Shown: positions 12,885 to 25,999, counted from the first letter of the whole stretch. The stretch: DNA of 60,802 bases, filler included, from Trichosphaerium sp. ATCC 40318 (GCA_038496445.1; 4 parts of 4 records of this genome joined end to end with filler, not necessarily neighbours in it), one strand, 5' to 3'. Notes: generated by a model not told the origin, from the letters alone. Translations and numbers: made by a program.

Positions 12885-13321
12885 TCACATGGTGATCAAA
12901 GCGGCAAAAAATCCAAGTAGAAGAATAGAAACTATTGAAAAAGCTGCACTTGGTACTACTGGTGGGCTTGTTGTTGGACTGTCAGTTGTTGGTGGTACTG
13001 GTGCTTCAGTTGCTGGAGGCGCTGTGACAGGCGGCAATGTAGCTGGTGTTTCAGTTGTTGGAGGTACTGGTGCTGTAGTTGTTGGTGGCAGTGTTGTCAT
13101 TGGAGGTTCCGTTGACATTGGCGGTTCTGTAGACATTGGAGGTTCCGTTGACACTGGAGGCTCTGTTGACATAGGAGGTTCTGTTGATACAGGTGGCACT
13201 GTAGTTGTTGGCGGTGTTGACTGTCCTATGAGGAAGTAAGCTGTATGGTTCATGGAACTGTTCCTTTACCGTTTGAAGAACTTGCAAATACAATAACGAC
13301 TAATACGGCTAGAAATTTCAT
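12885..13321 (-). CDS. Small secreted Pro/Thr-rich surface protein with a GPI-anchor-like C-terminus
   Basis: MKFLAVLVVIVFASSSN, one intron, then GQSTPPTTT and (PP[VM]STE)x5, ending ...PSAAFSIVSILLLGFFAALITM*. Confidence 0.75.
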
Positions 13322-14039
13322 TATGTAAGAGTTAGACCTAAACCTTAGTAAACCACAAAACCCCAAATAATCTAAAAAAACCTAAAGGTTGCTTCCACAG
13401 CATAAAATTCCACTTTCTGTTTAAGATGGTACTCTGAACAAAGAAGAAAGATCGTACATTTGTTAAATGGAGTTGAGGTGTTCTGAAGGAGTTGTTGGTT
13501 ACGTTGTATTGCTGGTGCAAAAGTGTAGAATTTGGTTCTTAAGATATTGTCATTTCTAATAATTCAAGACACCGTGCGATAGCGCGTGAAGAAAACTCAT
13601 TTTTTTTAATACCCGCGCATAAATTACAAGGCTAAACAGCAATTTCCTTGTAACTAACAAGTTGTTACCTGGAGAAAGACGGAGAAGCCACGGAAGTTCT
13701 GAAAATAGTAAAAAAACAGTTTACAATTTTCGCTCGTAGACTAATTGTGAACACAGCGCTAACGATTGTAATTTGTTTTTCTTAAGGGACATAAATAAAT
13801 CGCGTGATATCTCGAATTAGTAAGAACCCGGACTGTTTGGGTAAACACGCCAAATCTCGAAGCCAATCTTCTTATAAGAAAAACAATGTTCTAGAATTCT
13901 TGTTTCTATAAACTATTGTTGCAACCTTCGTGATCATTATTAACGATCACCTTTATATTGAACACTCCCATTGAAATTCAACAAGTAGTAGATAGTCAAG
14001 ATGATATTTAATGTTCAGGATTTAAAGGCAGACTGATTG

Positions 14040-14290
14040 TTCGAACGTCTTGTTCTAATCTAGTTCGAATTATTTTATCGATATTCACGCCACACCCATT
14101 GGCTTACTTTGTGAGTAATGCTCGGGTTCTTATCCCGAGAAAAGCGACGGGGCCGAATGAAAGCGAACAGAGCCCTCTCGCATGCATTCGTTGTCCACAT
14201 CTTGAGTTAAATACAACTCAACTAGATTCGAGTCTTATGCTCACCCTTAACAACTCAGCAATTGTTCGATAGCGACGTTCGCCTTGGCGA
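14040..14290. ncRNA. Candidate structured RNA of unknown class
   Basis: Intergenic, GC-richer than its flanks, with at least six stems: TTCGAAC/GTTCGAA, TTACT/AGTAA, CTCGGG/CCCGAG, CGAATG/CATTCG, TTGAGTT/AACTCAA, and closing TATCGA/TCGATA. Confidence 0.3.
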
Positions 14291-14635
14291 TAACTGTAGA
14301 TAGTTTTAGGTTGTTCATAGATCCTCAAGTTGACAGTTTATGGCTATGTTCAATACTGCTACAGTACTTGTATGGACTTTGGAATATCCAAGCGCTAACT
14401 TGCACTAAAAGTATGTTAGATTTAACTAAATTACTCTTCCAAGTCAGTGAACTTTTTGTCCTCCAGTTGGTCTGTACCATTTGAAAGGCACTCTGAAAAA
14501 TGATGTTAAACGACTGACTTGCATACAAAAAAAAGCGGAAAAGTTGTTTATTATTTACAATGAATAAGAGTTTACTGTTATAACGTATACCAAGTATAGA
14601 GTACAGGTAAAAAAAAGGGAGATAGTGTATCCAAA

Positions 14636-15905
14636 CTATCCCATTAGTTGTGCTTTGATTTGTGCAATTGAGTTCTCATCCAAGTCAGGTGCACGTGATG
14701 TAGGTACATATTCTTTTTTAAGTTTTCCATAAATTTTACTATTTAATTGAATATCTTGATTTGCAAAGTTATCTTCGAACTCATCAAGGAAATCTTGGTC
14801 TTGAGACTTCCAGAATGAATAAGAGAGGACAATCTCGTGTACTTTTGCAAGAGCAGGATCACGTATAGCCTCTTGGTCTAACAAACAAAGGTCAATAAAA
14901 CGAACAAAGCTACAAAAAAACTTACCGATATAAAAGAAAACAGGCAAATCAACTGTTTCGTGAGCCCCTATTCTCTGTTCTTCAAAGCAAAAACACTGAA
15001 TCTTTGTAAAATATTTACCAGCTTCATAAGGAAATACATTATACGAAGCAATACCTAAAAGAGGGGTTACTAAAAACAAAAAGCTGAAAAAAATAAGAAA
15101 AAATATCCATTTAATAAAAAACGTGTTTTCCACATACCAATAATTGCTTCATCCTCATGATTTGTAACACGATAGAAAGCTAGTGTTGTTTCTCCTGGAG
15201 AACAGTTACACTTTCTTGAAGTGCCTAGACGAGTGGTTAGAGCTAATTTGAAAAAAAATCCGAAAAATGAAGTTTTTGGGGTTCTTTGGCACGCGCAACT
15301 GACGTACATCGAAATCCCAACGTAATCCATTAGCTGCATCGCATACAAAATCTACTTTAAACTCTCTGTCAACATCTATCATGTGTGGCGCTGGTTTATT
15401 TTCAGCTGGGTTCAGGTTAGTTTAAGAACAGTAGGAAAAGCTTGTGATACGTTATAATAACGCTTTCACGCGTAGTTACGCGCTTTGAAGAAAACATTGT
15501 TTCAAGTTAATAAAAACGGCGATTATCCCTCTACATTACCTGTTTGTGCGCCTCCGAAGCCTGTTGCTTGACAAAATATCCTGTACAAAGGTATGAAACA
15601 GTATGTGACACCAAACATAGTGACAGCAGTTGTTCCGAGCCAGTATAGGCGATTAATGTTCGTTCCAGTAAACCTAACGTTGGTGTAAGTTCAACTCAAC
15701 GGCATAATCTAATTTCTGCCTTGTTCTTGTTCTGGTTCTTGCTTGGTTCATCTCCTGTTGTTCCCGTTTGCTTTTGTCATGTTTACTGTAATACCGCCAC
15801 TGTTTAAACTTAGCACCACTCACTTGGGCCGTATGACGCGCATTACGCGCAGCAAACTATTACATCAGTGTACAGTAAAAAGAGACTATCTACGCGAGCG
15901 AACAT
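14636..15905 (-). CDS. COX11: Cytochrome c oxidase copper chaperone Cox11
   Basis: Motifs YCFIPLYRIFCQATGFGG, PGETTLAFY, YNVFPYEAGKYFTKIQCFCFEEQRI, VDLPVFFYID and IVLSYSFW. Mitochondrial-type presequence MFARFAARNARHTAQWRYYS. Confidence 0.93.
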
Positions 15906-16054
15906 CGTTTAACTTAATAACGGTGCTGAACTGAATAACGTAGACAGGGTGTTGTGTTTACGTGCTATTCGTAATCCGTAAACAATGAATGAAGCAAGAG
16001 AGGCAAAAGTCACCGAAAATCTGGATGAAATTGTAACTGCCAGGCCGAAGAGGG

Positions 16055-16154
16055 NNNNNNNNNNNNNNNNNNNNNNNNNNNNNNNNNNNNNNNNNNNNTT
16101 AATTAATTAANNNNNNNNNNNNNNNNNNNNNNNNNNNNNNNNNNNNNNNNNNNN
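16055..16154. other. Artificial contig linker (N44-TTAATTAATTAA-N44)
   Basis: Six-frame stop cassette flanked by Ns. Confidence 0.98.
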
Positions 16155-16283
16155 TGCTGCGGCTTCTAGCGCTTTTTGGTGGTTTCCAACCTGTCTGTAA
16201 TTCGTCCACAGCGACATTGTGATCCGTAATAGAAGCCTTCGTACCAGCCACAACTATAATTGCTTGTGCTTTTTGTAAGCCTA

Positions 16284-18666
16284 GCTGAACGTCCAGGAGT
16301 ATCCTGCATACTCAATGGAGCTGGTTTACGTAAAGGAGCAACAAAAGGAGTTTTTTGACTCTGTAATTGCGCCTAAACTAAACGTTAAAACATTTGACGC
16401 ATGGTACAAAGTCAAAAAGAATGATATTAGCCGTGCTGGAGGTGGTAGCATCGTAATACACAAGTGCGTATTTTTTGACACTTACAATCGCCAACAATCT
16501 CATCAGATACGGTGGATCTACTGCTGCTGCGCTTCAACGCATATTTCCAGCATTTCAATGGGATACAAGGCACTTTAAGTAAGCCATGACATCAAAAGTC
16601 ACAATTCTCATCTAAACTTCTGCCAGGGTTAAACGTCGCAAGTCTAATAGCGATGAATATGTTCCAGGCATATCTAAAAGCACTCCAGAGAAGTATAATG
16701 CTATTGCCGAGCACCTCAAGTTCAAAATCATGGATGACTTTCATTCTCTAACAGAAACAGATTTACAAAATCTTGGCTATTCTCAACTCCTCACCAAGTA
16801 ATTACAACATGCTATTTTTTATTTATACTAACAGCATGATATTAATAGGCATGGAGGGAGTATTATGCGTATGCTAAATGCACATTTCCCGAGTCACAGG
16901 TGGCAATCTTGGAAGTTTAAGTGCGCATACTTCTTAATTAAGTCTTGTTGTGGAAACTCCTTCTTCTTACCCTTGTTGTCAAGTATGGCCAAAATGGAGC
17001 TTGCCAGCGATCCAAAATATCAAGTTAATAAACTTAATGATATAGCAAGGAGCTTGGGAATACGTATACTTGATGACTGCATAGCAACAACACGTGATAA
17101 AGTTATCATTTTTGGAGGTTCTCAGATTTTATCAAGGTAAGTACACATGAATGCTAGCTGTTACCTCATCTTGCCTACAAGATATAATGGCTCTCTATTG
17201 ACGACATTACAAGCAGTTTACCCTTTTAAGCTATGGAGAGGATGGGAACTCATGTACGTCATTGGACGACTAACATCTCTAAAGTTTATTTTAGGGAATC
17301 AGAGAAAAGAGAAGCAGAACAAAGACATAGAGATATAGTCAACTCAATAGCTTGTCAGTTAGATATAAAAATTGTATCCGATTGGAATTCCATTCGCTTA
17401 GAACAAATCGTAGCGCATGGCGGTAAAGCGCTAATTACAAAGTACGTAGGGAATCATATTTAAGCAAGTATTGTAATTTGATGAAAGGTATCACTCTGTG
17501 GAACGCTTGATCTCTACATTATTTAAGTACGATTCTCGAGCACCTATGAGATCTACTGAATACTGGGAAGATTCAAGAAACCAAAGAGGATTCCTTGAAA
17601 TGGTTGGACGAGAGCTAGGACTAACAACTTTGGATTCTTGGTACATGCTGCTTGATACTTTTTTTTTCTGATAGGCATAAGGTATCGGATTTCAAAATCA
17701 CAAATAAGCAAACTGGGAGGCAATGGATTCTTAAAGCACTACCCTCAAGCTCTTAACCTTTTATCAAATAACTATGAGTGGCATTGGTTGAAATTTCCTT
17801 GGATGGGGAAACGAACAAAGCAACTGTGAGTGCGCTCTCGGATTTCGGGACTTTTTTTTTTCCTTGACATATTTTTGCGCTTTCTCAGTACTTAAACGTT
17901 CTTCTAGGCGATTGGTTCATTGTATTAAGGATATATTCCCTTCTGCACATATAGTAGAAGAACATTTTATTGGATTGAAAGGATCTACTGATATTTGGAT
18001 GACAGTTGATATTTATCTTCCAGATTTTAATATCGCTATTGAATATGAAGGTAAGACACCTTTTTTTACCTTTTGCTTATTGACACCGTTGCTTAAATAG
18101 GTGAACAACATTATCATGATAATCTGTTTGGAAGATTTCCTGTTAATGTACAGCATGCTAGAGATAATGAAAAGATTATACAATGCAAGGAGTCAGGTCC
18201 GTTCGAAAAGAAAAAATAGACCAACAAAATCACTAATATGATTTTTAAAAAAGGTGTCGAGCTAGTTCTGATACCGTACTGGTGGAGAGGTGACGTGGAA
18301 AGTATAATAGCGACTATCAAGCATTATGTACCTTCAATACCTTTACGCTCACCGCCTCATGTGGAGCCTCTTGGGTCTTGTATCTCACAGCAAGGTATTG
18401 TTTTGTCAGAGTTTTTTTTTTCAATACCGAAACCAATTATTAGCAAGCCATTACGCTAAATTCTATGTATAGGTGGCTTCAACACAATGTCTCCTTTCGA
18501 TTATAAAGTAACAACGTAAACAACATTTAGAATCAACCGTACAAAGAATGATGAGTCAGCGCTGACTATGCAAGAGAAGCGACTGCTTCCTAGTGCAATG
18601 ATTTTTCCAAGGTCGAAAAGAAAGAAGAGTATCAGAATAACATCGCCTGTAGTACGAGAAACATGA
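16284..18666 (+). CDS. Protein with ~5 tandem ~70-aa helical repeats followed by a PD-(D/E)XK (RAP/DUF559/Vsr-like) endonuclease domain
   Basis: Repeat consensus ~(F/L)..IA..L.....D.W..(I/L)....I...GG..LL.KY.GS....L...(F/Y)P...W..W.F. C-terminal motifs VDIYLPDFNIAIEYEGEQHY, RDNEKIIQCKESG and VELVLIPYWW. 5' end unresolved at the contig edge. Confidence 0.75.
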
Positions 18667-19377
18667 TTCAGTACAAGGGCATGGTAAATCAGCGTTTATG
18701 AGCTCGCTGAAGCCTTAAATTTCTTGAACAAGATTCAACAAAAAAACAAATTTGATGACGAAAATCTGACGTTCAAAAAAACCTGTGGTTGACAGAAATT
18801 ACTGAACTCATAATGAAAACCAATAGTAACAACTTTACAAGAGACAGAATAATAAAGATTTCAATTGAAAAGTCAGAAAACCGAATCCAAAAAAGTTTTC
18901 AAAGAAAACTGGGAAATTTCTGATTAACGTAACCAGACTGAAAAATTTTCGGCTGTTCTGAAAAGCTTTCTCCGAAAAGAATCAAAAATAAAGCGTACAG
19001 ATGTACTTCGGCGTTGAAAACCGATTTTTCGCGTTTTCTGAAAGATTGTACTCTGAAAGGACGAGAAGTCGTTTAAAATGCTTATATATGCTTTAAAACT
19101 ATCTATTGATCGTGTATAGAGCGTTTAAGCGTTGTTTTAATATCTTGATTGTGTGACACAAAAAATCCGCGCAACAATTTTGCGTCACACAACTTTTTTT
19201 TTTCGATACAATCTTATGCGCTGCATCTCGTATAAAGATATATTACAAGAAACAGAAAAAGTTTATGGAACCAAAAAACAACAAGGACGGTAGTAGCAGT
19301 AATATAAAAAGTATCAAAAAAAAACTATCTTCGTCTGATACAGATGAAGAAGATATTGCATTAGACTGCTATGTTGC

Positions 19378-20592
19378 TCAAGTATTTAGAGTTGAAACTC
19401 CATTATTTGAAACAGTAGGTGAACTACATACATCAATAACAATATATGTATGCGTTGCAGCATCAGAGGAGTCTATGAAAATGGTCATTGATGTATGTAG
19501 GTTTAGAACAACACCTCTTGTCCTTAAACGATCCAGAACTGTCCCCAGAATAACACCCTGGACAAAAAGTCAACAAGCGAATAAAAAAAAATAAAAGAAC
19601 AACAGAAACACGTTTTATGACAGCCAAGGCATATACGACCATGACTGGTTATATGGTACGTACCTTTGTATTTTCTACTACAGTGACATGCATTCCTGAA
19701 TGGATGGATGTCATATTAAGCATATGAGCTAAGGAATCGTATCTCAAGTGCCTACGAAAAAAAGTTTGCACAAGAAAGTAGTAATTTAATTATTTCATAA
19801 CACGTGATAACGTACATTATTTTATACGCTGCTTTACACCAATAAGTCTTTAAGATAGTATAAGTAGTTGGTTCAATAAGCTCAAATACCATCAGATACC
19901 TTTAAACCGTTAAAAGAGTGAAAACTAAGAAAAAACCCAGAAAGTGCAAACTTCGTCCAGTTTCAAACAAAAAACAAAATATACGACTTTGTTGTCTTTA
20001 CGCACTTTTTGGCTTTACGCTTGAGGTATTTTTCCTTTGCCATGTCTGTTCGCTTGTCAAAAGTTTTCGAGTTTTTAATTAACGCTTGTATTATATCTGA
20101 ACCAGAATACTGTTTTTAAGTATGGTTAGTGGTTTTTACGTAAAGTAAGAACAAAATCATTCTACAAGGATCCACTTACCCCTTTTTCGCGCATCTCAGC
20201 TACTTTTTTCTCGTCTATAACCTGTGCTTGTTCGTTTGGCGCCAGTTTTGCGGTTCCAGCACCAGTTGAAGCTAAAACGTATAAGATAACGTAGATATTG
20301 CTTGTTTACATTTAAATTCGTCGATTCCAGAGCCTTTGTATGGCCTGAAGTTTCTTTGGTGTAGCTCCCAAAATGAATCGTATTTTGCGCCTATTAGAGC
20401 GTCTACTGGGACCTGCTTGTGTCTACCGATATTCATCTTTCTAAAACGATTAAATATGATTACAACGCGTTATATTTACTTTCCGCGGCCAATATCAGCA
20501 AATAAGAAGCGTTCTCCGTTGATTTCGCGTAGAATGACATAACTACCGTCTGTAACGCAATCAACTTCTTCCTCTTCTATCTCTTTCTCCAT
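19378..20592 (-). CDS. TRM6: tRNA (adenine58-N1)-methyltransferase non-catalytic subunit (Gcd10/Trm6), N-terminal half only
   Basis: Motifs SGSDIIQALIKNSKTFDKRTDMAKEKYLKRKAKKY, LRYDSLAHML and GVILGTVLDRLRTRGVVLNLH. Homology is lost after ~19487, and no C-terminal RTHP motif is visible. Confidence 0.75.
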
Positions 20593-20776
20593 AATACGCT
20601 ATGTTACTCGTGAAGAGGCGCAATACAATGAAGGCAGACTGATTGTGACTTTTTTCGGAGGTACCTTATGTCTGAGTCAGCAACGAAGGAAGCAAATACT
20701 AACAAGGGCTCGCATTTTGAATTGAACCCGTTGCGACTCAAAATATTTGAAGAAGAAACACGTTTTTATTTTACAT

Positions 20777-23700
20777 CTATTCTTCGTCCTCTTCCTCATC
20801 TTCATTTTTAGCTTGTGATTCACCTTCTTCATCTTCGTCTTCTTCTTCTTCTTCTTCCAAACCTTCGTTATCACCCAACTCTCTAGGTGTTTCGAATGTC
20901 TCTAGAACTTCAACTTTATCACCGACCTTCCAATCATGCCAATTTTGAAGATCAATACCACATTCCATGTCAACACTAACGGTCTTTACTAACTCTTTAA
21001 AATGTCTTAAAGATCTTATTTTTATATCAGTAGCAATCATTTCGCCATCCCTTAATAAAAAAATTGAGCAATTTGCCAGACGTAGAGACAAAACAAAAAA
21101 AAAAAAAAGAAAAAAACTAAAAATCAAATTTGCGATGATGAGCTTCACCAAAATATAACTCAACAAATTATTTACACGGAAAATCATACTATAAATAATG
21201 GAATGAAAACGAAAAAAAAAACCGTCGTGCGCAACGACAGTAAATTGTTTGATCGTCAAATGTTAGTGGGTTTAAATTGACATTTTTGCCTATTTTAGTA
21301 CATACCTAATTATCTGACATTTGTTTGCACGTTTAATCTCACCCATACCAACACGGCAACCAGCAACAGTTACAATATTCTTCTTTACATTCAAATCAAA
21401 GGTTTCTAAGCACTCAGCCCAACCAATAATTTTTGTTCCCAGCTATTAAAAAAAATCAGAAAACCTCCGCATCGCGTGCAAAGAATAAACAACAGTAAAC
21501 TGCTTTCATCATAAACAGCCAAAATAACTTTTTGGTAAAAGGAAAGTACCTTTGGAGAAAGCTTTTCTGTAAGTGCCTGCTTGATCCAGTTCAAAAGTGA
21601 ATAAATTATTTTGAATTCTTTTGTTACAATCCCTTCGTCTGCTGCAAAGTTCTGTACATCTCTAGGATACCTCACATTAAATCCAACTACAATAGGTTTT
21701 CTAGGACTCATTTTTGCGGTCTAATAGTAGTAAGACACTGAACAGTCAATAACAGTTGTTGAAAAGTTATTAAAAGCAAAAGAGTTACCTTAATATCTTC
21801 TCGTTTAATATCACCTACAGCCCATCTAACAATCTTTGGTCGAACTTCCTTAGACTTTGGTAATTGATCTATAGCAGCCATCACAGCTTCAGCAGAACCA
21901 GCAAGATCTGTTTTCAATATGATAGGGACTTCCTAAATAAAGAGAGTAAACACTCAACTCGAACAAAGAATTAAGCAAAGTTTGACGTACGTCCTTTGTT
22001 TTTTGATCTTGTCTAGCTGCCTACAAGAATCGTTACGATAACACACGTGACGTTTATATAATATTCAAGATATGCAGCTCTAACGATAAATTTTATTGTG
22101 CGTACCTTTTGTTGTGTAACATAGACATCTTCATCTACTCCTTTCTTTACAGCTTCTAATCTATCATAGTGCTCTAACTCTATCTCTCTGATAGCTTCAT
22201 GAGCCTTAGACTTAAAGTCGACATTACTATAACGCAGTTAGTCACATCATCAAAGCTCGAAAACACCAAGTGTTATTTGTCAAAACATTACCTTGCACGT
22301 CTTCCAACAACCTCTTCTCTCAAATTGCGCACGCGAGAAGCCTCTTTTCTTCCTGTACTTACACCCAAAAATGTGTCTCCAGGACAAGGCATCTTACCCT
22401 GGAATCCAGTGACCATCACTGGCTTTGATAAAGGAGCCTCTTTAAGAACATTGCCATCAAGGTCCATTACTTTTTCAACTTTACCCATAGCCAATCCACA
22501 TACAAACCAATCTCCTTTTTTCAGTGACCCAACGGAAGGTACAACAATAGCGTATTCTCCTATTGAACAAAAATAAGAATATATTTACCCATTATCTTTC
22601 TGCCAGTTGAGAAAGCTGCAACAAAAGTTGTGGATTGCGTACCCAAAAACTTGTCTTTTTTTATCTCAATGACAGTTCCTTCAGCTTCACCATCTCTGTT
22701 ATCAGTTAATAAAATTTGTAGTTGGTTTATAAACTAACAATAGATACATACCGAGGTGCACGGATATCGAGTTCGTCAGCCTTTAATCGAATTGTATCTT
22801 TAAGTTCATCCAAACCCTAAAAATGTATATCATAAGCACGTTATAATATGACAGAAAAAAAGCTTCGTACAGCTCCTGAAAGTGCTGATATAGGAACTAA
22901 TGGTATATCACCTCCGTATTCCTCGATCTAACCGAATGTTAATGAACTGATGCTATAACATTCCGCAATTGCATAGAAAAGTTAAATTTCGTACTGAGAT
23001 GGAGTTAGAGTTTAGCTCTTTTTTGACACGCTCAATGTTGGAATGTCTCTTATCTGTTTTATTCAAAGCTATAATACAAGTTGATCCAGACTCAATGATG
23101 TCATTGTAAGCTATAATACGTAAGTAATGTACCTACAGTTTAAAATGGAAAAACAAAAATATAAACAAAAGAAACAAAAGAACAATCTCCTCGGCAGCAA
23201 GTAAATGAGACACTTACCATCCAATGTTTGCTCTTGAACACCGTCATCCGCAGCTATCACTAATATTGTAATATCTGTCATTTGAGTACCACGTTTTCTA
23301 AATACAAATTAAAAAAAAAAGAAAAAAAAATATCAAAATGAAAGTTTATATTACCTGACTTGATTGAAAGCTGCATGACCTGGAGTATCAATAAATGTAG
23401 CAGTAGAGTTTTTAGCAAGATCAACTTCGAAAGTAGTCTAGTAACAATCAATACTGACTTTTAAAAAACATGTAAAGAAGAAAAAAGCGTACAACACACT
23501 GTGTAATACCACCTGCTTCACCGCCAGCGGTATCACCCCTACGTAACTGATCTAGTAGTGTTGTTTTACCATGATTAATATGTCCAACAATACAAACAAT
23601 TGGCGCTAGACTGCGTTAATAAACAATCATGAGCAAAGTAAACCAGTTTTTTAACATACGTTTTACTGGGAAAGCACTTAAATCATCAGGCAAAGGTCTT

Positions 23701-24630
23701 GGATGCCTAAGATATTCACCCTTTAGCGATATTGTTGACTTATTTATTTTCCGTACTTGTCGCCTTCATATCCTGATTTACGGATTGGAACACGTTGAAA
23801 CAGTTCATTGGACTATAACAGGAAATTAAAATACAGCGATGCGGAACAAAACTTGAAATATATCCGTTAAGAATGGACACATACAACAATTAAATCTACT
23901 AGATCCCTATCAAGGTATTCTGTGTGATGCTCTGGGCATTCTCCAATTTTAATAAGCTCCTTCAAGATATCTAAAAATCAATTGTTGAGAAAACAAAGAA
24001 TTCGCATTATATCCTGATTACCGATAGTTCTGACGCTCAAAATATCGCCCAGCATCTTAGAATTTAATTCTTCAGGCATTACCACCTCTTTTCCCCCTTT
24101 AAAAAGCGTAAGAATAGAATGCGGTTTCTTTAGACTGCGTATGGGTGTATAAACGCCAAATTGACGCTACTACGCGTAGTGGGGCTAAACTGAAAGCTTT
24201 GAAGCAAGCTAGAATGCAACAATTTCAATAAAGCTCTAAAGTTTTTTCTGTTGTGTATGACGTACTCAAACGCCTAATACGCTTCATTCTCTTTCGTTTA
24301 GCAGCTGCTTCTCTGGCTTTTTGAGCTTTAGTCATAAACAATGGTCCACCACCTTTTCTACCCTTCCCTGTCATTATTTTAGCAACGACACTAAGATTTA
24401 AGTGTTTCCGTACTTTTACCAGCCCTTTGCAAGTGACTGTTTTTGATTTTTTCGTTAGCGTACTGCCCAAATGACTGATAATAAGACTTTTAGTAACAAC
24501 TCCCAACAATGAAGCTGAAATCGCCAAAAATCACAAAAACAGCGTACCGCCGCTACAGATATACGTTTAGCGTAGCCACGGGTAATAACCTACGTAAAAG
24601 GTTATGAACCACTGAGTTTAGCGCCATCAT
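20777..24630 (-). CDS. MTIF2: Mitochondrial (bacterial-type) translation initiation factor IF-2
   Basis: Motifs [73 protein letters not shown] and [20 protein letters not shown]. Start 24630 inferred. Confidence 0.92.
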
Positions 24631-25575
24631 ACTTTTTTATTGGTATGTACGCCAATTCTGGGGGCGCGAGACACCCTAGTAGCAGTTTTTAATCTGCACG
24701 GTACACGAAACATAGTAATCACTGTGGTAAAGTCTACAGTGTCATGCGCTATTCCACACGAGAATTAGAAGGGCACTTAGCATTTTATGTTTAAGTAAGG
24801 TCAAAACCAGCCAATCAAACACGTGCCACTTATTATCTGCACGCATATTAGGTCGTATATTAGCGTTTGCAATACAATTGAGGCGTTTCTAACTCAAGAA
24901 GTGCATACAGCGTTTAACAATTAACGCACCATGTTAATATACCCTCCGCGCGCACCCTACAGCCAAACTAAAAACGGCATTGGCTAAAAAAGAATGTATT
25001 TGTACAGATAGCATTTATTCCTTTGGCGGGCGCCGAATTTAGCACCAGAAGTATAAATACCAAGCAAGTTGGATACCGCGAAGACGCGAATGCAGTTTAA
25101 AACACTATTACACGCATTGCAGTACCACCAAGTTAGATTGCGGCACGTGCAATTCAACGGTCGCCGTTGTCCGATTGTACCAAAAGCGTTCAAAGCACTA
25201 GGACAGTACGTAAAAGTGTCATACGCATTTTGTTAGCACGTAAGTTTCACAGGTGCTGACAGTGGTTTGCTACAGAGCCATGAAAAAGTATCGAAGGAGA
25301 ATATTTATGCAAAGTAACGAATTATAAAGCCAGGTGAGCACAAACTATTTGAAAAAATGCGAATTTCATTTATTTTCTGCAATAATTTTGATTGATTTAG
25401 CGCGTAAGTTACGACAGTCGTCTTAGTGGTATAATCATAGGCGGGGAAGTTTATTGTCATTTTTTTTTTTGCAATGGCCCCTTGACCAAGTAAAAAAGAA
25501 TTACAATTTTATGATTGATTAAACACATCAAAACTGATCGGATGAGCTTGAAGATTCATTTCTATTGTATAACAG

Positions 25576-25648
25576 GCCGCGATAGCTCAGTTGGTAGAGC
25601 GTTAGACTGAAGATCTAACGGTCGCGTGATCAAGCCACGCTTGCGGCA
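25576..25648 (+). tRNA. tRNA-Phe (GAA)
   Basis: Full cloverleaf GCCGCGA-TA-GCTCAGTTGGTAGAGC-G-TTAGA CTGAAGA TCTAA-CGGTC-GCGTG ATCAAGC CACGC-TTGCGGC-A, followed by a T5 Pol III terminator. Confidence 0.95.
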
Positions 25649-25999
25649 AGTTACTTTTTGCCTTTTTTTTCCGCTATCTTACAATCTGCCACTGTTCTTT
25701 TCTTGCTGTGTATGCTATATTGGTACAATAAATACCTTCATATTGGTTTACGCGCGTTAGCAGCACACTTACAACCTCTTGCGTCTATGCTTCATTGAAT
25801 TTTTTTATCGTAAAATTAGAATCACATTTATGTTTTTTACAGTAAACGCATTATGTGAAAAGTAGAGCGATTGTCATCTAGCCAGAACGTACCTACAGCG
25901 TCACCAAAGTCTATTGGCGTGTATTTAACAAAATGATGTTGGTAATACGTAGGTAAACGCGGTATTTCTGTACTGTACATTACGTTTTATTTTTTGTTT

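Noticed and set aside
13923-13940. Minus-strand ATGATCACGAAGG resembling U1 snRNA loop I
   Set aside because: No 5' ATACTTACCTG, loop II or Sm site around it
14238-14252. CTCACCCTTAAC as a telomerase RNA template
   Set aside because: Does not match the CTAACCCTAA expected for the TTAGGG repeats seen at 52187
16055-16154. TTAATTAATTAA motif repeated three times in the window
   Set aside because: Synthetic stop-codon linker between contigs, not biological
25147-25202. Hairpin CAACGG-TCG-CCGTTG followed by CTAG, as a Helitron 3' end
   Set aside because: Spacing is too long, CTAG is not followed by T, and there is no second copy or 5' end
19378-25648. Functional cluster of TRM6, IF2 and a tRNA with initiator-like A54
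   Set aside because: IF2 is the mitochondrial type, the tRNA is a cytosolic Phe, and TRM6 is truncated; adjacency is most likely chance
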